Source: Candidatus Microgenomates bacterium (GTDB lineage Bacteria > Patescibacteriota > Microgenomatia > JACQLA01). Taken from it: a stretch of 64,000 bases of DNA. Numbering within the stretch: the stretch's first letter is position 1; every line of letters starts with the position of its first letter. The DNA lies in the NCBI GenBank assembly GCA_016204255.1, contig JACQLA010000005.1:4339-68338 (forward strand), written 5' to 3'. Made by a program: the position numbers and the translations under genes. Shown here in pieces: positions 32,393 through 41,983 of this stretch. The notes below the pieces were generated by a model. It searched no databases, was not told the DNA's origin, and saw nothing but the letters and a program-made list of their open reading frames with translations.

Positions 32393-32632
32393 TTAACCTT
32401 TTTTCAAAACTTCTACCAATTTGAAATGTTTAGTGGCCGACATTGGCCGGGTTTCCGCAATTTTCACCCGATCGCCTATTTCAGCCTCCTGGTTTTCCCA
32501 TAAAACTTTATACCTTTTCGTTTTTCTCACCATTTTTTTATATAAAGGATGGGGTCGGCTCGAATCCACCTCGACAATGGCGGTTTTAGGTGTCTTTTTT
32601 GAAACAAGCTTCCCGATTAAAATTTTAGGCAT
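32393..32632 (-). CDS. rpsQ: 30S ribosomal protein S17
   Basis: [19 protein letters not shown]. Confidence 0.97.
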   Translation of the reverse strand: MPKILIGKLVSKKTPKTAIVEVDSSRPHPLYKKMVRKTKRYKVLWENQEAEIGDRVKIAETRPMSATKHFKLVEVLKKG

Positions 32633-32831
32633 TAATTATCTCCTTTTCACGAATTGTGGTTAAAATTCGTGCAATATCTTTTCGCAACAAAAAAATCTTA
32701 CGGACATTTTTTAACTTTTTAGTCGAAAGTTCCAGTTTTAAACTAAGCAATTCTTTTTTTCTTTCGCCAAGAAGAGCTTTTAATTCTATCAAATTTTTAC
32801 TTTTTAAATCTTTCAGTTCATTTTTTTTCAT
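32625..32831 (-). CDS. rpmC: 50S ribosomal protein L29
   Basis: RKDIARILT; synteny. Confidence 0.95.
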   Translation of the reverse strand: MKKNELKDLKSKNLIELKALLGERKKELLSLKLELSTKKLKNVRKIFLLRKDIARILTTIREKEIINA

Positions 32832-32840
32832 ATAGAATTT

Positions 32841-33248
32841 TTATTCACGACTAACAAAAGTTGTTGCAATTGGCAACTTATGCGAAGCTAACCTCATTGC
32901 TTCCTGAGCCGTTTCTTTGGTTATACCACCCATTTCAAAAATTATTCTTCCCGGACGAACTACCGCTACATAGTCCACTACATCTCCTTTACCTCCGCCC
33001 ATTCCAGTTTCCGCCGGTTTATGCGTTATAGGTTTATCGGGAAAAATTCGGATCCAAATTCTTCCTCCCCTCTTGGTGTAGTGAGTCATGGCGCGACGCG
33101 CGGCCTCAATTTGTCGACTACTAACCCAGCCTGATGTCTTTGCCTTAAGGGCATATTCACCAAAACTGATTTCAATTCCTCTTTGGGCTGAACCACGCAT
33201 CTTACCGCGGAATTGTTTTTTAAATTTTAATTTCTTTGGTGCCAACAT
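32841..33248 (-). CDS. rplP: 50S ribosomal protein L16
   Basis: [23 protein letters not shown]. Confidence 0.98.
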   Translation of the reverse strand: MLAPKKLKFKKQFRGKMRGSAQRGIEISFGEYALKAKTSGWVSSRQIEAARRAMTHYTKRGGRIWIRIFPDKPITHKPAETGMGGGKGDVVDYVAVVRPGRIIFEMGGITKETAQEAMRLASHKLPIATTFVSRE

Positions 33249-33256
33249 AATTAATT

Positions 33257-33898
33257 TTATGGTTTACAGATCCAGACCTTGACTCCGACATAACCTGATT
33301 TGGTTAAAGACGGGACGGCAGCAAAATCAATTTTTTCCCGAAGGGTCGTTAAGGGAACTCGACCCTCTTGATATTTTTCTCTTCTGGAGATGGTGGCGCC
33401 GGCAATTCTACCTGAGAGCATAATCCTTACGCCACTGGCGCCTGCCGCCATTACTTTTTCGATTGATTGCTTCACCGCTCTTTTATGGGGAATTCTTCTA
33501 ACCAATTGCTCAGCAATGTTACTTGCAACTAGCTGGGCATTCAAATTGGGCTCCTTAACCGGCTCAACTTTTAGATCCAGCTTTTGACCTCCCTTTTTAT
33601 CCTCCGCAACATTTATAATTTTCTTTAAGTAGTTTTTCAGTTCTTCCATTCCACTTCCACCGCGGCCGATAACTACACCCGGGCGGGAAACATGAATAAT
33701 AATTTCCACTTTATTTAAAAGTCTTTCAATTTCAATCTGGGCCACACCCGCCGTTTTTAGTCGCGACATTAAGACTTGGCGGATTTTTTTGTCTTCCAAA
33801 ACTAAATCACGATATTTCCCCTTCTGGGCGAACCAGCGGGAATCCCAATCATTAATAATGCCTAAACGAAAACCTCTTGGGTTTATCTTTTGTCCCAT
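33257..33898 (-). CDS. rpsC: 30S ribosomal protein S3
   Basis: [20 protein letters not shown]. Confidence 0.98.
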   Translation of the reverse strand: MGQKINPRGFRLGIINDWDSRWFAQKGKYRDLVLEDKKIRQVLMSRLKTAGVAQIEIERLLNKVEIIIHVSRPGVVIGRGGSGMEELKNYLKKIINVAEDKKGGQKLDLKVEPVKEPNLNAQLVASNIAEQLVRRIPHKRAVKQSIEKVMAAGASGVRIMLSGRIAGATISRREKYQEGRVPLTTLREKIDFAAVPSLTKSGYVGVKVWICKP

Positions 33899-34231
33899 TT
33901 AATCCTCCAAAATCACTCTAATATGGGCAGTCCTTTTCTTATACGGATGGGCTCTTCCTCTGGAAACCGGTTGCCAACGCTTAAAAGCGGGCCCAGTCGT
34001 AACTTCAATTGATTTAATTTTAAGATTATTCTCTTTAAGTTTGGCGTTCTCCGTTGCATTGGCAGTTGCTGATTTTATAATTTTAATTAAGGGTGTCGCC
34101 GCACTTTTAGTAATTAAGGCAAGCTTGGATAAAGCCTGACCCGGGGCTAAACCCCGTAATTGGTCCGCCACCAAAGCAAGCTTCCGCGGCGACATTCTAA
34201 CATATTTGCTTTCAGCCAAAACTTGTGTCAT
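33899..34231 (-). CDS. rplV: 50S ribosomal protein L22
   Basis: RMSPRKL, SATANA, RGRA. Confidence 0.98.
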   Translation of the reverse strand: MTQVLAESKYVRMSPRKLALVADQLRGLAPGQALSKLALITKSAATPLIKIIKSATANATENAKLKENNLKIKSIEVTTGPAFKRWQPVSRGRAHPYKKRTAHIRVILED

Positions 34232-34239
34232 AAAAATGC

Positions 34240-34524
34240 TTAAGTCTTTGAAATCTCCCGGGCCACAACTCGACCATGACCTTTAAAGGTTCTTGTTGGT
34301 GCAAATTCGCCTAAACGATGACCAACCATAGCCTCAGTTATTAAAACCGGGACATGAATGCGACCATTATGGATCATTAAGGTAAGGCCAACAAACTCCG
34401 GGGGAATCTGAGAAGATCTAGCCCAAGTTTTAATCGGCTCTTTTTTTCCAGTTTGGCTCATGTTTTGAACCTTTTTTAAAAGTTTGGGGTCAATATATGG
34501 ACCCTTTTTTACACTTCTACTCAT
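34240..34524 (-). CDS. rpsS: 30S ribosomal protein S19
   Basis: Start [10 protein letters not shown] at 34524; [13 protein letters not shown]. Confidence 0.98.
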   Translation of the reverse strand: MSRSVKKGPYIDPKLLKKVQNMSQTGKKEPIKTWARSSQIPPEFVGLTLMIHNGRIHVPVLITEAMVGHRLGEFAPTRTFKGHGRVVAREISKT

Positions 34525-34525
34525 A

Positions 34526-35266
34526 TTATTTTTTTCTTTTAACAATATATTTATTCGAATATTTATTTTTCTTCCGGGTTTTTTTACCCATGGTCGGCTT
34601 GCCCCAAGGCGTTTTCGGCGAAGGCATCCCCACGCCAGAGCGTCCCTCACCGCCACCATGAGGATGGGAGGCGGGATGTTGGGCAACCCCTCGAACAGTC
34701 GGGCGAATTCCCATTAAGCGCTTTCTGCCGGCTTTGCCAATTTTAACATTTTTCCAATCAAGATTACCCACTTGCCCAACGGTTGCCAAACATTTTCCTA
34801 AAACTTTCCTCACCTCGCCTGACGGAAGCTTAAGATGAACAAAATTATCCTCATAGGCTGCCACTGTAGCATAAGTCCCTGCGCTACGGATAATTTGTCC
34901 GCCCTTGCCCGGTGCTAATTCAATGTTGTGTACTAAAGTACCCACCGGAATATTGATAAGTCTTAAGGTGTTCCCGGTCTTAACCTCTGCTTTATCTCCG
35001 CTAACTATCTCATCACCCACCTTAAGACCTTCCGGGCGAAGGATATAGCGTCTTTCACCATCGGCGTATTGAACTAAAGCCACATCAGCCGTACGATTAG
35101 GATCGTATTCAACCGCAATCACCTGAGCCGGTAAATTGAATTTATCCCTCTTCCAATCAATTAGCCGCAAAAATCGTTTTTGGCGGCCTCCCTGATGACG
35201 CATACTGACATGACCCTGTGAATCTCGCCCTGATTTTTTTGGTAGAATTCTTTTTAAGTGTTTCAT
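34526..35266 (-). CDS. rplB: 50S ribosomal protein L2 (N-terminally short)
   Basis: [20 protein letters not shown]. Confidence 0.98.
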   Translation of the reverse strand: MKHLKRILPKKSGRDSQGHVSMRHQGGRQKRFLRLIDWKRDKFNLPAQVIAVEYDPNRTADVALVQYADGERRYILRPEGLKVGDEIVSGDKAEVKTGNTLRLINIPVGTLVHNIELAPGKGGQIIRSAGTYATVAAYEDNFVHLKLPSGEVRKVLGKCLATVGQVGNLDWKNVKIGKAGRKRLMGIRPTVRGVAQHPASHPHGGGEGRSGVGMPSPKTPWGKPTMGKKTRKKNKYSNKYIVKRKK

Positions 35267-35274
35267 TTTAAATC

Positions 35275-35568
35275 TTACTGAGTAACTTCAAAAAGGCTAA
35301 TTTTTTGATCGGGTTTTAGGCGGACAATCGCCTTTTTCCATGGGCTTTGCTTCACCTCGGCCCGACGCCGTCCCACTTTTTTGGTTTTACCCTTCATAAT
35401 GACCGTTTTTACGGCCAAAACATTAACTTTAAACTGATCTTCAACTGCTTTTTTAATTTCCTTTTTATTGGCTTCTTTTACCACAACAAATGTGTACCAA
35501 CCTAAAGAAGCGATTTGCAAAGATTTTTCCGTAATGACTGGTTTAGTTAAAATTTGATCTTTTTTCAT
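35275..35568 (-). CDS. rplW: 50S ribosomal protein L23
   Basis: PVITEKS, WKKAIV. Confidence 0.98.
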   Translation of the reverse strand: MKKDQILTKPVITEKSLQIASLGWYTFVVVKEANKKEIKKAVEDQFKVNVLAVKTVIMKGKTKKVGRRRAEVKQSPWKKAIVRLKPDQKISLFEVTQ

Positions 35569-36293
35569 TGTTTAGCCGTATTTTTTTTGACTGCCTTTTT
35601 TTCTTCACTATTTCCTTTTTCCGGAAGAAAAGTTTTCTCAATTTCAGGCAAAGCATCTTTTAAAAAAATTATTTTCTTATGACTTAATATCTGGTAGGGA
35701 TTTAAAAGAGCCGCTTGCGTTAAGGTTGCCCCCTCGATATTTCTGGCGGCTTTCATTAGATTCTCGATTTTTTTCGGCAAAACTAGTAAAACTTTTGCCT
35801 TTGGCGTCTCAAGTTTCAAATTTTTGAAAATCTTTACCATTTCCGCGGTCTTTGGCTTAATAGCTTCAAGTCCTTCAATAGCGAAAAGCGCCTTTTCTTC
35901 AAATTTATCTGACAGGGCACTAAAAAGGGCTCTTCGACGCATTTTTTTAGACATCTTCAGTTCAAAATCACGCGGTTGGGGGCCATGGGCAATCCCACCA
36001 CCAACAAAAATTGGGGCGGTGGCTGCTCCATGCCGGGCACGACCCGTACCTTTTTGAGCGTACATTTTTTTAGTTGTGCCACGCACTTGACCACGAGTCT
36101 TTGTTGACTGGGTCCCCTGTCTTTGATTAACTAAATAAACCCTGATTGCCTGAGCGATTAGTTTCGGATTAATCTTGGCACCAAAAATTTCTTTGGCCAA
36201 AGTTACTTTCCCTACAACTTTACCCTCAAGATCTAAAAGGTCCAGTTCCGGCGATTTTATTTTTTCTTCTTTCGGACTAACTTTTCTTGGCAT
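35565..36293 (-). CDS. rplD: 50S ribosomal protein L4
   Basis: TKTRGQV, QKGTGRARHG, GGGIAHGP. Confidence 0.98.
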   Translation of the reverse strand: MPRKVSPKEEKIKSPELDLLDLEGKVVGKVTLAKEIFGAKINPKLIAQAIRVYLVNQRQGTQSTKTRGQVRGTTKKMYAQKGTGRARHGAATAPIFVGGGIAHGPQPRDFELKMSKKMRRRALFSALSDKFEEKALFAIEGLEAIKPKTAEMVKIFKNLKLETPKAKVLLVLPKKIENLMKAARNIEGATLTQAALLNPYQILSHKKIIFLKDALPEIEKTFLPEKGNSEEKKAVKKNTAKQ

Positions 36294-36297
36294 ATTA

Positions 36298-36927
36298 CTA
36301 ACCCACTTTTCTGATCAAAATCAAGGAATTTTTGGCTCCCGGAACAAGACCGGTTAAAACCAAACTGTTTTTTTCCTCGTCCACTGATAAAACGCTAAGA
36401 TTTTTAATTGTAATCTGATCTCCACCCATTCTTCCCGCCATCTTTTTTCCTTTATAAACTCTGCCCGGAGTGGTTCCGGAGCCAATAGACCCTGGTGCGC
36501 GCTCGCGATCGGATTGACCGTGAGTTCTCGGACCGCCATGAAAACCCCACTTTTTAACTCCACCGGCAAAGCCTTTTCCTTTGGAAATTCCTACAACTTC
36601 AACCACATCACCTGGGTTAAAAACTTCTCCGACCTTAATAGAATCACCAGGCTTTAGCTTGTCAATTGCTGTCTCTTCAATTCTCACTTCCCGCAAAAAA
36701 CGCGGCGCTTCCACACCTGCCTTTTTCGCTCTTTGAGTTTCTGTTTTGTTAAGGTGCTTTTTTTTACCAAAACCAATCTGAATAGCCGTATAATGATCTT
36801 TTTTATCCGTTTTTATTTGCAATATCGGACAAGGACCGGCCTCAATTATTGTTACCGGTAAACGCTTACCTTCCTGGGTAAACTTTTGGCTTTGCCTAAT
36901 TTTTTTTCCCAAAATTGTATTTATCAT
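36298..36927 (-). CDS. rplC: 50S ribosomal protein L3
   Basis: SKGKGFAG, RAPGSIG, KGKKMAGRMG. Confidence 0.98.
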   Translation of the reverse strand: MINTILGKKIRQSQKFTQEGKRLPVTIIEAGPCPILQIKTDKKDHYTAIQIGFGKKKHLNKTETQRAKKAGVEAPRFLREVRIEETAIDKLKPGDSIKVGEVFNPGDVVEVVGISKGKGFAGGVKKWGFHGGPRTHGQSDRERAPGSIGSGTTPGRVYKGKKMAGRMGGDQITIKNLSVLSVDEEKNSLVLTGLVPGAKNSLILIRKVG

Positions 36928-36942
36928 CTTAAAATCAAAAAT

Positions 36943-36958
36943 GGCCCCGGTTGGGGCC
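36943..36958 (-). terminator. Terminator/attenuator-like hairpin in the rplC leader
   Basis: GGCCCC-AACC-GGGGCC followed by ATTTTT, 15 nt before the rplC start. Confidence 0.55.
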
Positions 36959-37017
36959 TTTTAATCTCCCACCCATCCGTTAAAAACTTTTAAAAAATCG
37001 TTCTCATCTTCAAAAGG

Positions 37018-37046
37018 ATTTTAACAAATCTCACCACCATTTTCAA
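37018..37046 (-). promoter_or_regulatory. Internal promoter between rpsJ and rplC
   Basis: TTGAAA-17 bp-(TG)TAAAAT. Confidence 0.65.
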
Positions 37047-37074
37047 TTCGGCCCACCCTAATATGATTGGGGTT

Positions 37075-37383
37075 TTACATTTTAATTTCGACGTCAACAC
37101 CGGCCGGAAGCTCTAAATGCATTAGCGAGTCAATTGTTTTATCTGTCGGCTCCACGATATCGATCAGTCTTTTATGCGTTCTTATTTCAAAATGTTCTCT
37201 GGAATCCTTGTCGGTAAATGGCGAGCGCTGAACGGCGATTAGACTCCTTTTAGTCGGCAAGGGAATAGGCCCCACGACACGAGCTCCGGTCCGAATGGCC
37301 GTATCAAGTATTTGTTGACAGCACCCATCGATGATGCGTGCGTCATAAGCTTTTAAACGTACGCGAATTCTACCTTTTGGCAT
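37075..37383 (-). CDS. rpsJ: 30S ribosomal protein S10
   Basis: [22 protein letters not shown]. Confidence 0.98.
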   Translation of the reverse strand: MPKGRIRVRLKAYDARIIDGCCQQILDTAIRTGARVVGPIPLPTKRSLIAVQRSPFTDKDSREHFEIRTHKRLIDIVEPTDKTIDSLMHLELPAGVDVEIKM

Positions 37384-37452
37384 CTAATAAACCCTATTAC
37401 TCTTCCTCGCTAGGCAGCCAGAATACTCTAATTAGTATTAGACAGTTGACAA

Positions 37453-38667
37453 TTAGCTAATGATCTTTGAGATCGCTCCGGCGCCGACGGTATGCCCTCC
37501 CTCACGGATAGCAAACCGCAAACCTTCTTCCATAGCGACCGGCGCAATCAACTTGATTTTCATTTTGGTATTATCACCCGGCATAACCATCTCAACACCT
37601 TCGGGCAAGGTCACCTCGCCCGTTACGTCCGTTGTACGAACATAAAATTGAGGACGGTAACCAGTGAAGAATGGGGTATGACGACCGCCTTCTTCTTTGG
37701 TCAGAATATAAACCTCTGCCTCAAATTCTTTATGAGGTTTAATCGTTCCGGGCTTGGCCAAAACCTGACCGCGCTCCACTTGTTCTTTTTCAACTCCTCG
37801 AAGAAGGATTCCGACATTATCGCCGGCCTGACCTTCATCAAGTTGCTTATGGAACATTTCCACACCCGTAACAATCGTTTTTTGAGTGTCTTTAATACCA
37901 ACTATTTCTATTTCCTCACCAACCTTAATTTTCCCCCGTTCAATTCTTCCGGTAACCACGGTTCCGCGGCCCTTGATTGAGAAAACATCTTCAACTGACA
38001 TCAAAAAGGGCTTTTCTAGCGGACGCTCGGGTGTTGGAATATATTCATCGACCTTATCCATTAAGGCCATTATCTGACCGCACCATTGACAATCTCTTTT
38101 ACCACATCCACATTCCAAAGCCTTAAGAGCTGATCCCCGAATTAAAGGAATGTCTTTACCGGGAAATTGGTACTTATCCAAAAGTTCCCGAACTTCCATC
38201 TCAACCAAATCCAAAAGCTCTTTATCATCAACCATGTCGACTTTGTTTAAAAAGACTACCATGGCCGGCACGTTGACTTGACGAGCCAAAAGAATGTGCT
38301 CTCGAGTCTGTGGCATTGGGCCGTCAGGAGCCGAAACCACCAAGATGGCTCCATCCATTTGGGCCGCGCCGGTAATCATGTTTTTGATGTAGTCGGCGTG
38401 TCCAGGACAGTCAATATGGGCGTAATGACGCTTTTCCGTCTCATATTCAAGGTGAGAAATAGCGATGGTAACGCCTCTTTCTTTTTCCTCAGGAGCGTTA
38501 TCGATATCAAAAAAGCCCATCGCCTTAGTTGAACTACCAGGCTGTTTTGATAAAACAGTGGTAATGGCTGCGGAAAGAGTAGTTTTTCCGTGGTCAACGT
38601 GACCAATGGTTCCAATATTAACGTGTGGCTTAGTTCGTTCGAACTTTTTTTTGGCTTCTTCTGCCAT
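37453..38667 (-). CDS. tuf: Elongation factor Tu
   Basis: [21 protein letters not shown]. Confidence 0.99.
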   Translation of the reverse strand: MAEEAKKKFERTKPHVNIGTIGHVDHGKTTLSAAITTVLSKQPGSSTKAMGFFDIDNAPEEKERGVTIAISHLEYETEKRHYAHIDCPGHADYIKNMITGAAQMDGAILVVSAPDGPMPQTREHILLARQVNVPAMVVFLNKVDMVDDKELLDLVEMEVRELLDKYQFPGKDIPLIRGSALKALECGCGKRDCQWCGQIMALMDKVDEYIPTPERPLEKPFLMSVEDVFSIKGRGTVVTGRIERGKIKVGEEIEIVGIKDTQKTIVTGVEMFHKQLDEGQAGDNVGILLRGVEKEQVERGQVLAKPGTIKPHKEFEAEVYILTKEEGGRHTPFFTGYRPQFYVRTTDVTGEVTLPEGVEMVMPGDNTKMKIKLIAPVAMEEGLRFAIREGGHTVGAGAISKIIS

Positions 38668-38697
38668 AATTTACCTCCAAATATTTTTAATTAGTAA

Positions 38698-40803
38698 TTA
38701 ATTTGTTTTTGCTCCAAGTTTATCTTTGTTAATAATTTGTTCTTGAACATTTTTAGGAACTTCCTCATAATGAGAAGGTTCCATATAAAAACTGGCTCTT
38801 CCTTGCGTAATACTTCTCAAAGCTGTGGCGTAGCCCGACATTTCCGCCAGAGGCACCATAGCTGTAATTACTGTTGCATGACCCCTTTTCTCCGTTCCTA
38901 AAATTTGTCCCCTTTTGGCCGAAAGATCGCCGATGATATCTCCCATAAATTCCTCAGGCGTTGTTACCTCAATCTTCATGATCGGTTCAAGAAGGGTCAG
39001 ATCCGCTTTCCGAACCGCGGCCTGCAGAGCCTGGGAACCGGCAATTTTAAAGGCAATATCTGAGGAGTCAACCTCATGATAGCTACCGTCATATAGAGTT
39101 ACCTTCATATCTGTTAATGGGTATCCGGCCAAAACCCCACCATCCATCGCTTCTTTAACTCCTTTTTCGGTTGGCGGAATAAATTCCGCCGGGATTGACG
39201 CACCTTTAATGGCATTGACAAATTCATAACCCTCGCCGCGACCTTTAGGTTCAACCCGAAGAAAACAGTGTCCGTATTGACCGCGACCGCCGGATTGGCG
39301 AATATACTTACCTTCGGCTTCAGCCAATTTTTTAATAGTTTCCTTATAAGCTACTTGCGGGGCACCAACATTAGCCTCAACTTTAAATTCCCGAAACATC
39401 CGGTCAACCAAAATCTCAAGATGCAGTTCGCCCATCCCGGCAATAATTGTTTGCCCGGTCTCATGGTTGGTTTTAATTTTAAAGGTTGGGTCCTCTTCAA
39501 CTAATTTTTGGAGGGCATAACCCATTTTTTCTTGATCAGCTTTAGTTTTGGGCTCAATCGCCAAAGAAATAACCGGATCCGGAAATTTAATCGACTCCAA
39601 GATAATTGGCGCATTTTGGTCACATAGGGTATCGCCGGTGGCGGTTTCTTTCAAACCCACGACGGCAATAATTTCACCTGCTTTAGCTTCAGTAAGCTCT
39701 TCTCTATGATCAGCATGCATCAGAAGCAAACGTCCAACGCGCTCCTGATGTCTTTTTATCGAATTAAAGCAATAAGAACCAGATTTTAAAGTGCCAGAAT
39801 AAACCCGCACGTAGGTTAATTTTCCAACGTGTGGGTCAACTTGAATCTTAAAGGCGAGGGCTGAGAATGGGCCGTCTACTTTGGCCTCACGCTTTTCCTC
39901 CTCACCTGTTTTTGGATTATAGCCAGAAACCGCAGCGATGTCAAGCGGAGAAGGCAAAAAATCAACGATGGCATCAAGCAGGGGTTGAACTCCTTTATTA
40001 CGCAGGGATGAACCGCAGTAGATAGGTACAAGTTTATATTCGACCGTTGCTTTTCTTAAACCCCTTTTAAGTTCTTCTATTTCTAACTCCTCACCGTTTA
40101 AATATTTTTCCAGAAGCTTATCATCGGTTTCACAAATTTGTTCAATTAATTTATGGCGATATTCTTCAACATCCTTTTTCAAATCCTCAGGAATCTCGTC
40201 GCTTACCTCAAATTTAGCACCCAGTTGATCACTACCCCAAATCATAGCTTTTCGGGTTAAAAGATCGACTGCGCCCTTGAATTCCTGTTCCCGGCCGATC
40301 GGCAAGGTCATAATCGCGGGATGGGCACCCAAACGATCGCGAATCATCTGAACGGTGTTTAAAAAGTCCGCCCCGATTTTGTCCATTTTATTAACAAAAC
40401 AGATACGAGGGATATGATAGCGGTCGGCCTGATGCCAGACCGTTTCCGATTGCGACTGAACGCCTTCTTCAGCGTCCAAAACCGTTACGCCGCCGTCCAA
40501 AACGCGCAATGACCTTTCAACTTCAGCGGTAAAATCAACGTGTCCCGGAGTATCGATAATGTTAATGCGGTGATCTTTCCAATAAGTAGTAGTGGCCGCG
40601 GAAACGATGGTGATTCCACGCTCCCGTTCCTGAGCCATCCAGTCCATAACGGTTGTCCCCTCGTCAATGTCACCGATTTTGTAAGTTTTACCGGTGTAAA
40701 AAAGGATGCGCTCGGTAGTTGTCGTTTTACCTGCGTCAATATGGGCTATAATGCCGATGTTTCTGATTTTTTCTAATGGATATTCTTTTTTAATGTCTGC
40801 CAT
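38698..40803 (-). CDS. fusA: Elongation factor G
   Basis: [25 protein letters not shown]; start MADIK at 40803. Confidence 0.99.
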   Translation of the reverse strand: MADIKKEYPLEKIRNIGIIAHIDAGKTTTTERILFYTGKTYKIGDIDEGTTVMDWMAQERERGITIVSAATTTYWKDHRINIIDTPGHVDFTAEVERSLRVLDGGVTVLDAEEGVQSQSETVWHQADRYHIPRICFVNKMDKIGADFLNTVQMIRDRLGAHPAIMTLPIGREQEFKGAVDLLTRKAMIWGSDQLGAKFEVSDEIPEDLKKDVEEYRHKLIEQICETDDKLLEKYLNGEELEIEELKRGLRKATVEYKLVPIYCGSSLRNKGVQPLLDAIVDFLPSPLDIAAVSGYNPKTGEEEKREAKVDGPFSALAFKIQVDPHVGKLTYVRVYSGTLKSGSYCFNSIKRHQERVGRLLLMHADHREELTEAKAGEIIAVVGLKETATGDTLCDQNAPIILESIKFPDPVISLAIEPKTKADQEKMGYALQKLVEEDPTFKIKTNHETGQTIIAGMGELHLEILVDRMFREFKVEANVGAPQVAYKETIKKLAEAEGKYIRQSGGRGQYGHCFLRVEPKGRGEGYEFVNAIKGASIPAEFIPPTEKGVKEAMDGGVLAGYPLTDMKVTLYDGSYHEVDSSDIAFKIAGSQALQAAVRKADLTLLEPIMKIEVTTPEEFMGDIIGDLSAKRGQILGTEKRGHATVITAMVPLAEMSGYATALRSITQGRASFYMEPSHYEEVPKNVQEQIINKDKLGAKTN

Positions 40804-40961
40804 TTTCCCCTTAAAAAAACTTCCCTTTATGGGAAGCAATTTTAAACAAAATTTAACCAAGCTTCCCGGTTAAGTTTTTTCCTGCCCCCTCAATATTAAC
40901 AACAAACCTTTTGTCGTTAACATAAATTTATAATATTATAACATACTCTCATGCTAGCCTT

Positions 40962-40988
40962 TTACCATCTGAAATGAACAAACGCCTT
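40962..40988 (-). repeat. Diverged duplicate of the last codons of rpsG
   Basis: AAG GCG TTT GTT CAT TTC AGA TGG TAA (KAFVHFRW*) versus rpsG AAG GCT TTC GCA CAC TTT AGA TGG TAG (KAFAHFRW*). Confidence 0.85.
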
Positions 40989-41023
40989 TAGGCAGGAACT
41001 ACCGTAATCTTTTACTCTAAAAA

Positions 41024-41500
41024 CTACCATCTAAAGTGTGCGAAAGCCTTATTTGCTTCGGCCATACGAAGAGTATTGTCGCGTCTTTTAACGGCTTCGC
41101 CTTGATTTTGGACAGCGTCTAAAATTTCGGCGGATAATTTTTGATCAAAAGTTCGATATTGAGATGACGGTCTTTTTTTAGCCGCCTCTAAAATCCAACG
41201 AATCGCCAGAGCCTGTCTTCGATCACCACGCACCTCAACCGGAACTTGATAGGAAGCGCCGCCTACGCGTCTTGAGCGTACTTCAACCCGCGGCCCAACG
41301 TTATTAATGGCAGACTCAAAAACTTTAATCGGATCGTCGCCCTTTTTACCAATTTCCTTAATCATCCGATAAACTAGCCTCTGAGCGACAGTTTTTTTCC
41401 CATCGCGCATTAAGCGGTTAGTCAATCGGGCGATCAATCGATTTTGGTAAATTGGGTCAGGAACCAAGATTTTTTTTCTAATTTTTCCGGATCTGGACAT
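41024..41500 (-). CDS. rpsG: 30S ribosomal protein S7
   Basis: Start MSRSG at 41500; SRRVGGASYQVP, MAEANKAFAHFRW. Confidence 0.98.
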   Translation of the reverse strand: MSRSGKIRKKILVPDPIYQNRLIARLTNRLMRDGKKTVAQRLVYRMIKEIGKKGDDPIKVFESAINNVGPRVEVRSRRVGGASYQVPVEVRGDRRQALAIRWILEAAKKRPSSQYRTFDQKLSAEILDAVQNQGEAVKRRDNTLRMAEANKAFAHFRW

Positions 41501-41504
41501 AGGT

Positions 41505-41948
41505 TTAAGCGGTGGTAGCAGCTTTCTGCGGACCTTTACCTCCTTCTCGTTTAACTCCATATTTTGAGCGGGCTTTCTTTCGGCTTTCAACGCCCAAAAG
41601 ATCAAATTTCCCTCGGACAATATGATACTTTACGCCCGGCAAATCTTTTACTCTTCCTCCTCGAACCAAAACAATGGAGTGCTCGCTAAGGGTGTGACCA
41701 ATACCACCGATATAGGCTGTAACCTCCTGTTTATTAGAAAGACGGACACGGGCTACCTTTCGCAGGGCCGAGTTCGGTTTTTTCGGCGTCATGGTTTTAA
41801 CCACGGTGCAAACTCCCCGTTTTTGAGGAGAGGTATAAGTCTTCATTTTGCGCTCGCGGGAGTTATAAAATTTTCTCAACGCCGTTGCGCGAGCCTTTTT
41901 CTTTAATTTTTTTCGACCTCGTCTTACGAGTTGTGAAATAGTTGGCAT
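41505..41948 (-). CDS. rpsL: 30S ribosomal protein S12
   Basis: [27 protein letters not shown]. Confidence 0.99.
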   Translation of the reverse strand: MPTISQLVRRGRKKLKKKARATALRKFYNSRERKMKTYTSPQKRGVCTVVKTMTPKKPNSALRKVARVRLSNKQEVTAYIGGIGHTLSEHSIVLVRGGRVKDLPGVKYHIVRGKFDLLGVESRKKARSKYGVKREGGKGPQKAATTA

Positions 41949-41983
41949 AGACGTCTAATTTTACCAAATTTTGGCCTTAAATT

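Noticed and set aside
34525..34686. N-terminal extensions of rpsS (also rpsG 41501-41620, fusA 40804-40860, miaB 12809-12946, ABC ATPase 16208-16237)
   Set aside because: Longest-ORF artefacts; conserved N-termini begin at downstream ATGs.
38078..38115. [11 protein letters not shown] loop in EF-Tu, and the N-terminal insert in S12
   Set aside because: Similar variants are familiar from other bacterial lineages; not novel.
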